A stretch of DNA of 63,934 bases from a virus (IMGVR_UViG_3300019360_000003:1-63934); one strand, 5' to 3'. Counted from the stretch's first letter, positions 36,401 to 47,050 are shown. Program-made: numbers and translations. Notes: generated from the letters alone by a model not told the origin.

Positions 36401-38539
36401 CGCTTACTGAAGGCCGAGCGCGAGGAGCGGCTCGCGCTTCTGAAGGAGCAATACGACCAGGGCCTGATCGCCACGCGGCGCTTTTACGACGAGAAGGTCA
36501 AGATAGCGGCCGACAACATAGACGCCGAGATCTCCCTGCTGCGGATCGAACAACAGTTGCTCGAAGACGCGCGCGGCTCGGCCAAGGGCGCTGAGAAGAT
36601 CCGGATCGAGCAGCGGATCGGCGAGGTGATCGCGGAGCAGGAGCTAAAGGTTATCGAGCTTACGAAGGCGTTCCGCGAGAATTTCGCGGAGTTCAAGAAA
36701 ATCACGGCGCTGCCCGCCTTCGATCCCTCGCAGACCATCGAAGAAGTTGCGCCAATAGAATCGCCGCTGATCCTTGGCGCGCGCGCGCGCCTCAAGGATC
36801 TCAAGGCCGCCTCCGAGGAATTCGACCGCCTGCAGGCGAATCTGGAGCGCGACCGGACGATTATTGACCAGCGCGTCGCCGCCGGCGCGCTCGACGAGGT
36901 CGAGGGACGCAAGGCGCTCGCCGCCGTGGAGCGCAAGTACCGCGACCAGCTCGTCTCTACGCTTGAGGCTCGGCGCGAGATTGCTATCATCGAAAAGGGC
37001 GCTTCATCGGCCGCGGTCGCTCAAATAGAGGCCGAGATCGAAGCCTTGAAATCCCTCGGCCAGGAGATCACCAATACACAGCGCTTCCTTCGAGGCCTCG
37101 GCCCTGGAAGCGATACTGGGCGGCTCTTCGAGGATCTGGGATCAGGACTGCGCGACGCGATCCGGGCTGGCTTCACCGATGGCTTCGCCGGCGCGAGGCG
37201 TTCATTCGGCGATCTACTAAAGAACTTGGCGGCCGACTTCCTCACCTCTCAGTTGATTCAATTGTTGCGCAACATTTTTAACCCTCAGGCAGCCGGCCAG
37301 ACAGGCGGCGCGGCTGGTGGCGCCGTGCAGACCGGCGGCGGCGGACTCAGCGCCGCGATCGGACGCGTTACGAGCGCGCTAGAGGGCGGTGGAGGAGGCG
37401 GCGGCAATTTCACGACTCCCCCGATCGCGGGCGGATCCATCCCAGGCGCTAGCGGGGCGCGAATACCCGGCCTGGGAGGAGGTTTCAATCTCGGCGGAAT
37501 CCTCTCGAAGATCCCCGGCTTGAGCGGAATCTTCGATTCATTCGAGAAGACGGCAGCGCAGGGGCGGCTCAACAGCCTGCCTCTGTTGGACGCGGCGGGG
37601 AACGCGATCCCTGGTAGCGCCGCAGCCGCAGCGCCGGGACTGCTCGGCTCTCTTGGCGGCTTCGGGTTGCTCGCCGGAGGCGGCTTCCTCGGCTCTCTGC
37701 TCGGTGGGAGCTCGCCAACGAGAAGGTTGCTTGGTGGCCTGGGCGGGACGCTTGGAGCCGGCGCCCTGGGCGCGACCGGCATCTTTGGCGGGGGCATCGC
37801 GGCAGCGCTCCCCGCTCTGTTCAGCAACCCCATCACGGCGATTGTCGCAGGCGGCATCTTGGGAGGCCTCGCGCTATTTAAGGTGTTTGGCGGCGGCGAG
37901 TTCAAGAAATTTGCGAAGGCTACACAGGACGCCTACCAAGTGAAGGTAAAAGACGATCCGCCAGGCAGGGAACTGTACAAGGCGGTCAAGCAAATCGGCG
38001 AGGGCGCGTTCGGCTCATTCGGCAAAAATATCTCGCGCACGATCCAGCTTGATGAGGCGCGCGATCTGATCGGTCAATATGCAGAGGCGACCAATCAAGA
38101 GAATTCGGCGCTCGTGAAACGCCTCCGCCAGATTCGCGAGATCGGCGAAATCGGGAATCCGGCGAATCAATTTGTCCGGCGGGCTTTCGGGGGTGGATTC
38201 CTCGCTGGGCAGACGGTGATAGCCGGGGAGCGTGGGGCCGAGGTAATCCAAGCCGGCTCGTCAGGTCACGTCTTCCCCTCTATCACCGATTATTTGGATC
38301 GCGCCTTCGCCCAACTCGAACGGAGGCGGGCGATTTCTCCTGGCGCCGGAGGCCAGCAGATGGCCGCGATACTGGGCGCGCTGATCGGACAACTGGAGCG
38401 ACTTGGCGCGGTGCCGCCGGGTTATGTGTTCATGCAGGGAGCGGAGGAATCGCGCGGGCAGGTCGGGCGACTCGTGCGCGAGGGCTTCGCGGCGAGCCCC
38501 GGCGAGCAGCGAGAGTTTTCGCAGCAACTAGGGCTATAG
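33437..38539 (+). CDS. Tape measure protein
   Basis: 1700 aa, Ala-rich and helical, Gly-rich hydrophobic region, C-terminal RAFGG...GERGAE. Confidence 0.92.
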   Translation: MPTVDLATLAFEIDASRADAGARKVNSALDSIEKKADAVTQRINEFNGRLGASVQTSALEKSARGVESANRQAAASLKDVERGVASVSRAQQKAADDALRHAQAFARLLQAQGKSADAIKALERALGQYQGSQIQVLRVQTQLTNLQNDYANSPLISAVRAQSEAMGSLGRASGQASANFAQTAKAGTALGDSLSSSTAATIAQAQALAQLQVLQGDNAAAARTLADALQTVSAQQEQALASKSSFGSRLLEGLRAATAVVNAVTAGLQFYTTLRGEAGQTTTEAEAAAKAVSRSFEFARAGAKAVKNAADEATASLSRMAAIAKGAFGAPAEGRAVAAPAAGPVTAQNLLERIRAANKAVLESSRKEEGEKDAQQAAKLAQQAKSTARFFEQLDKAKRAALRFGREETGSASLIDFLEGLSSVADRAAARVSTAASSISQRIRASFAGDLGDRVRAVFDSFGGGAEGAAGKLESLNNRAQFATGVFTLVAGKVAFMAAAFTALAVAIAAATPILIGIGAVGVRANAQFEQVKLGIASITASVAELRTGEGVKLEGINELNAALPIAQKQLDALRVDALQTALTFEQIAPAFLQAVGPGLAAGLNLDQIRKTVIDLSQLIIPLTGNAAQLGQELRAIFSGDINQDTQVAKALGITKEQIEAAKEQGKLADFLNEKLKVAAATGALMARTFEAATSNLREAGTVLAGRVTEGFFSALRDKLNATLPTIFETAGGTVEISARFKGIADTFTEVFDRLGQRAVQAIDFALRQIESLSRFLESARIPVLRLLDATDLLIDRITILGKTLVSELGFDGKGAIIDIAQELEDLSLIIAFLQDVGELFGVSFLGTIKEIAFVIEDRLNEALKFLGIQIQALDKDVQRLEGDLIQLEDRFQQGFKNVRETQNRIEIARGLNAIDAKQRAQVVLFLGQEFDLPGGGTDVITGGRGTKIVPPKPTREAGGGKSRAESEARAIREAQLALEKSAVEQTVRLLKAEREERLALLKEQYDQGLIATRRFYDEKVKIAADNIDAEISLLRIEQQLLEDARGSAKGAEKIRIEQRIGEVIAEQELKVIELTKAFRENFAEFKKITALPAFDPSQTIEEVAPIESPLILGARARLKDLKAASEEFDRLQANLERDRTIIDQRVAAGALDEVEGRKALAAVERKYRDQLVSTLEARREIAIIEKGASSAAVAQIEAEIEALKSLGQEITNTQRFLRGLGPGSDTGRLFEDLGSGLRDAIRAGFTDGFAGARRSFGDLLKNLAADFLTSQLIQLLRNIFNPQAAGQTGGAAGGAVQTGGGGLSAAIGRVTSALEGGGGGGGNFTTPPIAGGSIPGASGARIPGLGGGFNLGGILSKIPGLSGIFDSFEKTAAQGRLNSLPLLDAAGNAIPGSAAAAAPGLLGSLGGFGLLAGGGFLGSLLGGSSPTRRLLGGLGGTLGAGALGATGIFGGGIAAALPALFSNPITAIVAGGILGGLALFKVFGGGEFKKFAKATQDAYQVKVKDDPPGRELYKAVKQIGEGAFGSFGKNISRTIQLDEARDLIGQYAEATNQENSALVKRLRQIREIGEIGNPANQFVRRAFGGGFLAGQTVIAGERGAEVIQAGSSGHVFPSITDYLDRAFAQLERRRAISPGAGGQQMAAILGALIGQLERLGAVPPGYVFMQGAEESRGQVGRLVREGFAASPGEQREFSQQLGL

Positions 38540-38542
38540 ATT

Positions 38543-38728
38543 ATGGAAAAAGTGCGACTGCTAACAAAAGATGGCGGCTTCGTGACGAGCGGAATGATTC
38601 CGGCGTTCAATGATCCGCCCGATGTGATCGTGTGGGGCTCTCGGATTTTTCAGTACGACTCGACCGATGATGAGCGGGAACATGTCTACATTGAGGCCTT
38701 TAGTTCTTACCTGGTGATCGTGGAGTAG
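38543..38728 (+). CDS. Small hypothetical protein
   Basis: Fills the gap exactly. Confidence 0.5.
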   Translation: MEKVRLLTKDGGFVTSGMIPAFNDPPDVIVWGSRIFQYDSTDDEREHVYIEAFSSYLVIVE

Positions 38729-38731
38729 AAG

Positions 38732-39187
38732 ATGGCGGATCTCGAAAAACTGATCACGACTGGCGTCGCTTCTTACGGGCTAAAGGTCCGTAAGCGCTGG
38801 CCCGTGCAGTTTTTCAGGAATCGCGCAGGCTATGGTTACCCGGTCGTGTATGACGACATCCGCGGGGCGAAAGAATGGGCGATTGTCTTCAACACGCTCG
38901 TTGATGATGTCTCGCAGTGTCCCGTCACGCTGGCCGACGGGACGATCCAAAGCACGTTTGAGTATCTGCGCGACTTTATTGATAGGCACTTCGAGCCGGA
39001 GGTAAAACCCTTCATCGTCAGGTGTCCGGCCGATGGGAAGGACTACACGGCGATGTTTACGGACCCGGACTTCGAGCTGAGTTATAACAACTTCCGTCTC
39101 TGGTCGAGCGGAATCGTTATCGCGCAATGGCGAAGCGGCGATCTGCAGCTTGATGGAATGCAGGTTGATAACCCGCTGGAGATTTGA
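38732..39187 (+). CDS. Distal tail protein (putative)
   Basis: Size and position after the tape measure gene. Confidence 0.55.
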   Translation: MADLEKLITTGVASYGLKVRKRWPVQFFRNRAGYGYPVVYDDIRGAKEWAIVFNTLVDDVSQCPVTLADGTIQSTFEYLRDFIDRHFEPEVKPFIVRCPADGKDYTAMFTDPDFELSYNNFRLWSSGIVIAQWRSGDLQLDGMQVDNPLEI

Positions 39188-41313
39188 TGCGAAAAATTGT
39201 TACGAGCGTCAATCCGAACAAACTCGAAGAGCTCAAGCGCCTCCAGCGCGAGGGCCGCTCAATCTCTTACGCCGAGGTCCTTGCCGTCCACTGGCCGCAA
39301 CCCACGGGAACGCGCTATTACGCCATCAGCCGCTTCGATCTGGCGCCGAACTTCCAGAATCTCCCCTGGAAGCCGGTCCAATATCGGATCTACAGCCGAC
39401 AAGGGGAAGGCGTTGAGGCGATTCCGTACGTTACAACTCATGACGCGAATGACGATAAGATCTCCTGGGAGTTCATTGATCATGATCTGGAGATCACCAA
39501 GCTCTACGTACTCCATCAGTCATCGGCAAAAGTAGAACTTCTCTGCTATGTCGCTGAGATAGACCAGCAATTCAATTTGTGGTGGGGACTGCTCGATCCG
39601 CATGGCGGCCGACGGGCAACCCTGATCAAGGCGTCGGCGACCTTTGGGTTCCGCTCTCCCCGCGGCAAGATTCCACGTAAGCTTTTGAGCGCGACCACAT
39701 GCCAGGCCACCTTTGCGGATCTGGGCACGGGATGCACATACAATCTTGGCGCTGGCGGCTCAATCGGCAATATCAACTCGGCGACAGGCTTGCCCTATAG
39801 CGAATGCCCGAGGAATAGCCGGGCAGTTTGTTTGCAGCGAATTGGCGGCGATGAAAAGCGGCTGCCATACCAGGCCTTCAGCGCGGTTCTCGGGTCGGAG
39901 ACGGTCGAGCAGTCGAAAGGCCCGAACACTCTCGCGACGACCAAGGGCAATGACTCGGCGCTCAACATCGTCCTGCAACTGATCTTTGGGAAGCGCAAGG
40001 TTAGGGCGCTTCCGACTCGCCTTTATCAGATCCAGACCAATACGAATAAGCCGGAGAAGGGAACCGTCAGCGCAATCTTTCCGGTTTCTGATTGCCATGT
40101 GCGATCCATCACGAATCCGAGAATCAACAATGTCCTGGTTACATCCTCCAACGACAGCAGGAATCAATTTTTCCGAAACCTCGGGGAGATCGGACAGGCT
40201 CCGTTGCCGCTCACCTCAAAGCAACAGGCGGACAACGCCTCGGGCGTGGCTGAATTCCGCGGATTGATCTTCGGAGCATTCGGAGGTAAGAGCGCGGGCG
40301 ATTTTACGGGAAGCTGCGATGTCGAGGGCTGCGACGAGGTGCGCTTGTGGACCGGCCCACAGAAAGGCCAGAACGGCTATTCGACGAACCGCGCCGAGTG
40401 TCTCCGATTCCTGCTCGAAAACAAACGAAGCGGAAATGGCGACGGCGCAAGCACACTCGTTGATGAGGATTGGACGGAGCTGGCGGAACGCTGCAATGAT
40501 CAGGTCGGCTATTCGGACGCGCAGGGGGCGCACTTCACCGGGCCGCGTTCCACGTTCAACGCCCAGGTCGAGGGGCGACAGGCGAGCCAGGTCATCCGCG
40601 ACGTATGCATGGCCGGCTTCTTCACCGCGCCATTTCCGTTCGAGGGCAAGAAGCGGATATTCCTGATCAAGGACGAGCCGCTTGACAGCTCGATCCCTCA
40701 ATTCACCAACGCAGGCCCAGACGCTAATGTTGATTGGGAGTCGGTCGAGCTTATTCCGACTCAGGGTTACGACATCGTCAATGCGGTCACTGTCTGGTAT
40801 GAGGCTGCCGAGTTCGATTATGTTCGCCGCCCCCTGACTTTTAATTACACCGAACTCCAACAACTGCGCGGCCAGGCGTTGGGTGACGCAAGCGAAGAGA
40901 GGTCGCCGGCGGAGCACAGCCTGTTCGGAGTCGTCGAATTCGGCGAGGCTGTTAGGGTCGGCAATCTGATCGGCGATCTCGGGTCGTTCGCGGCGGGCGG
41001 GACGAAAAATCCCTTGCGCGTCCGCTTCCGCTCGGCGCGCTCATTTCTGGAGCCGGAATTCCTGACTCTTCACCCCTACAAAATTATTGATCTGAATTTC
41101 CCCGAACTCGCGCCATATCGCGAGCCGATGGGGGAGCCTGCGCGCTATTTCCGCGTTCTCACGATCCAGCGTTTGCAAAATTTGCAAATGGAGGTTCTGT
41201 GCCAATGGTGGCCATACGGCTATGTGAGCCGGATCGAGGACGCCACTCAATCCCCACCGATGGCGGGATCGGGCGGGACGGGCGCGCCATTGGAGGAAGT
41301 GATCACGACTTGA
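39187..41313 (+). CDS. Tail tip/hub protein (putative)
   Basis: Position; Cys cluster; STNRAECL..LL, VN.V.V.Y motifs. Confidence 0.65.
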   Translation: MRKIVTSVNPNKLEELKRLQREGRSISYAEVLAVHWPQPTGTRYYAISRFDLAPNFQNLPWKPVQYRIYSRQGEGVEAIPYVTTHDANDDKISWEFIDHDLEITKLYVLHQSSAKVELLCYVAEIDQQFNLWWGLLDPHGGRRATLIKASATFGFRSPRGKIPRKLLSATTCQATFADLGTGCTYNLGAGGSIGNINSATGLPYSECPRNSRAVCLQRIGGDEKRLPYQAFSAVLGSETVEQSKGPNTLATTKGNDSALNIVLQLIFGKRKVRALPTRLYQIQTNTNKPEKGTVSAIFPVSDCHVRSITNPRINNVLVTSSNDSRNQFFRNLGEIGQAPLPLTSKQQADNASGVAEFRGLIFGAFGGKSAGDFTGSCDVEGCDEVRLWTGPQKGQNGYSTNRAECLRFLLENKRSGNGDGASTLVDEDWTELAERCNDQVGYSDAQGAHFTGPRSTFNAQVEGRQASQVIRDVCMAGFFTAPFPFEGKKRIFLIKDEPLDSSIPQFTNAGPDANVDWESVELIPTQGYDIVNAVTVWYEAAEFDYVRRPLTFNYTELQQLRGQALGDASEERSPAEHSLFGVVEFGEAVRVGNLIGDLGSFAAGGTKNPLRVRFRSARSFLEPEFLTLHPYKIIDLNFPELAPYREPMGEPARYFRVLTIQRLQNLQMEVLCQWWPYGYVSRIEDATQSPPMAGSGGTGAPLEEVITT

Positions 41314-41320
41314 GGTATTT

Positions 41321-43618
41321 ATGAAGCGATTTTTCTTGCCGATTCTTATCCTTGCGCTTTTCGTCGCCGGCGCGCGCGCGCAAACGGCGACATCGTTCAG
41401 CGCGACCGTGAGCACTGTTGGTTCGACCGCGATTGGCCTGCAGGGGACGGTGGACAGCGGGACGCTGACCTTCGGGACGCATCTATCCGGATGCGCGAGC
41501 TGCGTCCAACCCACGCACGGGAAGCTCTCGAATTTTAACGCCAACTCCGGGATCCTGGTCTACACGCCGGAGAGCGGATATACAGGGAGCGATTCATTCG
41601 GGTTCACAGCGATCAAGGACGGCTCCACGTCGTCGAGCGAGGCGACCGTCACGATCACGGTCACGAGCTCGAAGACGACTATCACCGACAAGCTCCTTAA
41701 TCCTGATGGCTCGGCGCGAGCGGGGAAGATCACATTTATCCTTACGCAGCCGGCCAATTCACCGGAAGGCCTGATCCCAGCCTCCGCCACGGTGACGAGC
41801 GATCTGACCGCCGGCCAGTTCACCGTCAGCCTCTACCCGAGCCGCTCCCTCTCACCGCAGGCCTATTACCAGATGTGGGCTGGCGACTCGGGGAATCTCA
41901 GAAGGGAACTGCTCGGGATCTTCGATATTCCGGCCGCGACGGCGACCATCACCTCCATCCAGCCCTATCGGATCACCGACACCAATCGCCAGACCCGCTA
42001 CAACTTCGTCGAGTACGCCGCGTTCCAGGCCTTCGCGACGAAGGCGAATTCATTCGGGGTGTTGAATAACGGGACGCTCATTGGGACGCGGCCTTCGATC
42101 AATTTCATTCCGGGCGGCAACATCTCGCTGAATATCGCGGACAACTCCGGCGCGGGCCGCGTCGACGTGACGATCTCCGACCCGACCGGCGGGAGCGGCG
42201 GGACCGTCGGCTCCGCCACGTCGGGGCAGTTGCCCGTGTATAACGGCGCGACCTCGATCACCGGGCTCGCCTTCGCCGGCGCGAACAAGATCCTCAAGAC
42301 GAATACATCGAATAACGGGATCGAATGGGCCACGGTCACCGCGGGGACGGGAATCAGCGTCACGCCGGCGGCCGGCTCGATCACGATCGCGAACACCGGG
42401 ATCAGCTCGATCAACGGGAGCTCCGGCGGCGCTCACACAATCAATGCCGGGACCAGTGGCTGCGGCTCCCAGCCCACCGTGACGACGCTAGGGGCCACGA
42501 CGACGATCTGCGTCCCAATGGCCACCGCCACCGTCGGCGGATACGTCACGGCCGGCCAAGGGACCCAGACGATCGCCGGCCAGAAAGTTTTCACCGGCTT
42601 CAACACGACCGATCTGCCGGTGACGGTGAAGCAATTCCCGAGCGGCTCCTCGACCGTCCAGGAGTGGCAGGATTCCGGCGGGACCGCCTTCGCGCGCATG
42701 ACGATTCCCGCGTCGACGCATCCGGGTCTCTGGGTGAAAAGAATGGCCCTCGGCGGGAACCTCAGCGCGCCTGCGATTGGCTATGGCCTGACCTTCGCCG
42801 AGACCAACAGTACGGACAACTTCGCCGGAATCGGTTCGTTCCCGATCGTGCAAGTGAATAACGCCGCGAGCGGCGCGCAGGGCGTCCGGTCGCAGCCGCG
42901 CTTCGAGGGGACCGGGACGCATACGGCGACCGATAGCGCCGCCTATTTCGGGATCTTCACCTATAACGGCTCTGGGACCCTGCCGCGCGCGTCCGGCGCG
43001 AAGGTCCGCGTCGATAATTCCAATACCGGGACCACGACCTGGGGGAACGGTTATTACTCCACGTGGTCACAGGACAACGGCGCGACCACCAATTTCGCCC
43101 ACTTTCTCGCCGCGGCCGGGACGCTCAACGGCGGAACGCGAGGGACTGAATACGGCCTCTACGTCGAGTCGCTCGCCGTCGCGACCACGAACTGGGGCGT
43201 CTATACGGCGGGCACTATGGGTTCAAGCCTCGGTGGCTTCCTGGACCTGCGCGGGAGGACCGCGCCCGCGGTCTCAAACGCCTCGGAACTGCGGATCTAT
43301 ATGGACTCGTCGGTGAACGCGCCCAAAGCGAGTTTCAACGGCGCGGCCTACGGATTCTTCCCAACCTATCTGACCGCGACCGCGACGCTGGACTTTCCTT
43401 CGACCTCGGCTCAGCAATCGACTGAGCTCACAATCACCGTGACCGGGGCCGCGGTCGGTAAGCCGGTCTGGCTCGGAACACCGGCGTCGCTCAATAACCA
43501 CACAGGTTTTATGGGCTATGTAAGCGCCACGAATACCGTGACGGTGCGATTCTTAAACTTCAGTAGCGGCGCGGTGGATCCGGCGAGCGGGTCTTACACC
43601 GTCGCCGTTCTGCAGTAG
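41321..43618 (+). CDS. Tail-fibre/adhesin-like protein with a signal peptide and Ig-like domain
   Basis: MKRFFLPILILALFVAGARA|Q; PTHGKL...YTP..GYTGSDSF.F Ig-like module; TQTIAGQKVF; Thr/Gly-rich. Confidence 0.7.
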   Translation: MKRFFLPILILALFVAGARAQTATSFSATVSTVGSTAIGLQGTVDSGTLTFGTHLSGCASCVQPTHGKLSNFNANSGILVYTPESGYTGSDSFGFTAIKDGSTSSSEATVTITVTSSKTTITDKLLNPDGSARAGKITFILTQPANSPEGLIPASATVTSDLTAGQFTVSLYPSRSLSPQAYYQMWAGDSGNLRRELLGIFDIPAATATITSIQPYRITDTNRQTRYNFVEYAAFQAFATKANSFGVLNNGTLIGTRPSINFIPGGNISLNIADNSGAGRVDVTISDPTGGSGGTVGSATSGQLPVYNGATSITGLAFAGANKILKTNTSNNGIEWATVTAGTGISVTPAAGSITIANTGISSINGSSGGAHTINAGTSGCGSQPTVTTLGATTTICVPMATATVGGYVTAGQGTQTIAGQKVFTGFNTTDLPVTVKQFPSGSSTVQEWQDSGGTAFARMTIPASTHPGLWVKRMALGGNLSAPAIGYGLTFAETNSTDNFAGIGSFPIVQVNNAASGAQGVRSQPRFEGTGTHTATDSAAYFGIFTYNGSGTLPRASGAKVRVDNSNTGTTTWGNGYYSTWSQDNGATTNFAHFLAAAGTLNGGTRGTEYGLYVESLAVATTNWGVYTAGTMGSSLGGFLDLRGRTAPAVSNASELRIYMDSSVNAPKASFNGAAYGFFPTYLTATATLDFPSTSAQQSTELTITVTGAAVGKPVWLGTPASLNNHTGFMGYVSATNTVTVRFLNFSSGAVDPASGSYTVAVLQ

Positions 43619-43623
43619 GAGGA

Positions 43624-43935
43624 ATGAAGAATATGGCTTTGCCTGTTTCGCCGGTCCTGCCCGGCGCCGATCTCCCGGAGACTGTGATGGGAGCGAATCA
43701 ACCCGAATATGAGCCGCTGCCGGCGTTCCGCCATCCCGACGGGACGATCCTGACGAGATGGCGATTGACTTGGCGCGAGCGCCTATTCGCGCTCTGGCGG
43801 GGCGATGTGTATTTGTGGGTGTTGACTTTTAACCACCCCTTGCAGCCCGTCATGGTCGAGATCGACCGCCCGGCGCTCAGGCGGACCCAAGAGGGCGAGA
43901 CAGTTTTAGAAGCCGGTAGTCTTTCCAAGGCATGA
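43624..43935 (+). CDS. Phage hypothetical protein
   Basis: QPEYEPLPA...WRLTWRERL...PLQP motif. Confidence 0.75.
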   Translation: MKNMALPVSPVLPGADLPETVMGANQPEYEPLPAFRHPDGTILTRWRLTWRERLFALWRGDVYLWVLTFNHPLQPVMVEIDRPALRRTQEGETVLEAGSLSKA

Positions 43936-46520
43936 TGCGATTTCTTTCCATCCTCATCCTGATTCTGGCCTGCGGCTCGGCCTATGCCCAACGGCCCGGC
44001 CAGACCCAGGACGCGCCCATAGACAGCAAGCGCATCGGCTTCGCGCCCGTCGTCGCCCCCTTCGCAAATCTCGCCGCGCAGGACGCCTCTACCTGGTCGA
44101 CGCTGCCCGGGCAGGCCATAGTCACGACCGGGATCAAGGCGCCCGACGCCACGACCGGCGCGGCCTCGCTCTCAACTAACTCCCCAATCACCGCCGGTAG
44201 ATTTGTATACAGCGCTTCCCGGACACTGCGCGTTGGCGACCGCCTGATCGCCGCCGTCTGGGTCAAGGCTGTCTCACAGCAAAGCGGGCTATCGGCGCAG
44301 CCCGCCGTCACGCTCGACGAGCAGGCCGTGGCGAGTATCACGGCTGATGACGCCACGCAGGGCTATCATTTCGACACCGACGCGCTCAATTACCGGTACC
44401 TGGTCACGACCTCCAAAGCCGACACCGAGTGGGAATGGGTCACCACGGCCGCCACCGTGATCGACGCGCCCTCGACGCCCTCGGCGACGGTGAAGTTCGA
44501 GCTTCAGTGCACGAACAACCGAACGCTCGCCTTCTACGCGCCACTGCTCTATCACGTCCTAGCCGGCGAGATGACCGATGATGAGGCTGCGGCGCTGCTG
44601 CGCAATCTCTACACCGTTCCGGACGGCGTGCCAGCCGGGGCCGCGGCGCTATTGAGAGGTCAAACCCTCTATTGCTACAGCGGCGGAAGCTACGCGCCCT
44701 GTTCGTTCGGCGGAGGCGGCGGGCTTACCGGCTCCGGTGTGAATGGCCGCTTGGCGTTGTGGAACGGGACTTCGAGCCTGACCAGCAACGCTAACCTGCT
44801 CTACGGCGCGAGTAGTATCACGGTCAAGGGGAGCGATCTGACCGCTTCGACGATCTCCCCTGGAGACGCGCTCCTGACATTTGGTACGACGACCAACCTG
44901 CAGGGCATCGCGCTCGACCTGGGTGGAACCTCGCCATTCATCGAAATCTCAACTCGCAGCGATACAGCGCCGCCTATCCTGGAGCTTCAACGCGCGCGCG
45001 CCAGCAATAATCTCCTACAGTCGGGGGACGTTATCGGCGAAATCGATTTCGTCGCCGATTCCTCGATCTCCCAATCCCGGCCGGGAGTCATCCGCGGAGT
45101 CACCAGCCAGATCCAAAGCTCCACGAATGGTGGCGGAAGGCTTGAATTTTTGACGACCCCGCTCAACAGCCTCACGCCGGCGATCAGGCTTACGCTCGAC
45201 TCGCAAGGCAACGCGGTGATCGGGACAGCCGCTCTTGCGACGAACGCCACTGACGGGTTTTTATATTTAGACTCGATGGTCGGAGTTCCGACCGGAACTC
45301 CGACGATACATACAGGCCGCGTTCCTGTGACCGTGGACACCAGCAACTCGCGGCTCTACTCATATATCGGCGGAGCGTGGGTGAACCTGAGTGGCGCGGG
45401 AGGCGGATCTCCTGGCGCCCCGGATAACTCTCTGCAATATCGGGTTGACGCCACGACCTTCGGCGGGTTGTCAGGATTGACGACCGACGGGACGAATGTC
45501 ACCGCCGGAACAGGGATTTTGCGCGCGAGCCGCCCGCGGATCACGACTGGGGTCGATGATATTAGCGGAAATAGATGGTTGAGCGTCAGCGCGACGCCAT
45601 CCGCGGTCAACTCGTACACTATCGCGAATGCGGCGGCGAGCGGACATCCCAAATTGACCACGGAAGGCTCCGACGCGAATATCAACATCGACCTACAGCC
45701 GAAGGGCGCCGCGAACGTGCGCGGCATATTCGGCGTTGGCCAAGGTTTCATCGCGCAGGCCAATGGCTCGTCCGATTCCCCACTCAATGGTTTTGCGAAC
45801 TCATCCGGCACTGTGGTGGGTGGAATCGGACTCGCCCTCGGGGCATCAAATTACAGCAGTCTAGCCGCGACAAATGACATCGTGATTCGCTCGGGCAGCG
45901 CTTCAGGCGCGGCTGGACATCTGATTCTGACTGCGATGTCGGGAAAGGACATCAAGTTCGGCACGGGCACGAATGACGCGAGCGGTCAGAACGACACGCT
46001 CAAGGCGACGATCACGAGCGCTGGCCGGTTTGAAGCAGTGACGGGCAATGGCTCGACCTCGATGATGAACCTGAATGGAACGCTGGCCGTTCAATTCAAT
46101 ACCGTCGGCTGTTCTGGTTCGAGTGAAACCGATCTCCACTCCAAGACCATCCCGGCTAACACGCTCGCTCTTGATGGCGATCAGATCACCGCCGATTTCG
46201 GCGGGCGCTTCGCCAACAACGCCAACTCGAAGACCATCAAGGTCTACTTCGGCGGAACGGTGATCTATACAGCGGTCGCCGCCTTTCAAAACATTGACTG
46301 GCATTTGCGCGTCACGATTATTCGAGACGCTTCAGGCAGCGTCAGAACCGTCACCAGCGGTAACTGGCAGAGCAGCGTGGTCAATACTTTTGTTCAACTC
46401 GGCTCTGTCGGCAGTCTGACCTTCAGCTCCGGCATTGTTCTAAAAGTCACTGGGCAAGGAACATCGAATAACGACATCGAGCAGACATTGAGCGTTATCC
46501 GCAAGGGTGGCAATCAATGA
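43932..46520 (+). CDS. Tail-fibre-like protein with a signal peptide
   Basis: MMRFLSILILILACGSAYA|Q; ATDGFLY...GVPTGTP and NINIDLQPKG fibre-type modules. Confidence 0.7.
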   Translation: MMRFLSILILILACGSAYAQRPGQTQDAPIDSKRIGFAPVVAPFANLAAQDASTWSTLPGQAIVTTGIKAPDATTGAASLSTNSPITAGRFVYSASRTLRVGDRLIAAVWVKAVSQQSGLSAQPAVTLDEQAVASITADDATQGYHFDTDALNYRYLVTTSKADTEWEWVTTAATVIDAPSTPSATVKFELQCTNNRTLAFYAPLLYHVLAGEMTDDEAAALLRNLYTVPDGVPAGAAALLRGQTLYCYSGGSYAPCSFGGGGGLTGSGVNGRLALWNGTSSLTSNANLLYGASSITVKGSDLTASTISPGDALLTFGTTTNLQGIALDLGGTSPFIEISTRSDTAPPILELQRARASNNLLQSGDVIGEIDFVADSSISQSRPGVIRGVTSQIQSSTNGGGRLEFLTTPLNSLTPAIRLTLDSQGNAVIGTAALATNATDGFLYLDSMVGVPTGTPTIHTGRVPVTVDTSNSRLYSYIGGAWVNLSGAGGGSPGAPDNSLQYRVDATTFGGLSGLTTDGTNVTAGTGILRASRPRITTGVDDISGNRWLSVSATPSAVNSYTIANAAASGHPKLTTEGSDANINIDLQPKGAANVRGIFGVGQGFIAQANGSSDSPLNGFANSSGTVVGGIGLALGASNYSSLAATNDIVIRSGSASGAAGHLILTAMSGKDIKFGTGTNDASGQNDTLKATITSAGRFEAVTGNGSTSMMNLNGTLAVQFNTVGCSGSSETDLHSKTIPANTLALDGDQITADFGGRFANNANSKTIKVYFGGTVIYTAVAAFQNIDWHLRVTIIRDASGSVRTVTSGNWQSSVVNTFVQLGSVGSLTFSSGIVLKVTGQGTSNNDIEQTLSVIRKGGNQ

Positions 46521-46532
46521 AGCAAGGGAATT

Positions 46533-46925
46533 ATGCAAAATCTATTTATCGTTTTTTCACTCATCATCGTCTGCGCTTGCGGGGCCTACGCGCAGGAAGC
46601 GAGCGCCGCTAACGGCGCCGCGGACAAAGCCGCTAAGGGCGCCGTGTCGGCAAAGGCCGCTCCGCTCAAGCCCCTCACCCTCACGCAAGAGCAGCTCACC
46701 CGGCTTGTGGACGCGCAGCGGACGCTCCAGCTCGCGCAGGCTCAGGTCGAGAAAGCCCAGATCCAAATTGATAGTTTGATCAAGGGGTTTCGGCTGGAGT
46801 TCGTTGATCTGGGTTTTGATCTCAAGCGATACGAGCCTGATCTCCGCGTGATCGATCAACAGAGAGGGCAGTTCGGTTTTCTGCCGAAACCTGAGCCGGC
46901 GAAAGAGGCAAAGCCGGACAAGTAA
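46533..46925 (+). CDS. Secreted coiled-coil protein
   Basis: Signal peptide AYA|Q; Gln-rich helix. Confidence 0.7.
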   Translation: MQNLFIVFSLIIVCACGAYAQEASAANGAADKAAKGAVSAKAAPLKPLTLTQEQLTRLVDAQRTLQLAQAQVEKAQIQIDSLIKGFRLEFVDLGFDLKRYEPDLRVIDQQRGQFGFLPKPEPAKEAKPDK

Positions 46926-47050
46926 TATCGAGAATGGCCGCCGGGAGCTGGGATGCGCCCGCTGGCCAGGAACACTCCGGCCATAGAAGCTGACAACCTT
47001 TGGGGAGGTAGAGAGCCGACAGGTCGGAGCGTTCAAGAGGGAAGGGAAGT

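Noticed and set aside
33556-37905. Long antisense ORFs within the tape measure gene
   Set aside because: Shadow frames of a strongly codon-biased gene.
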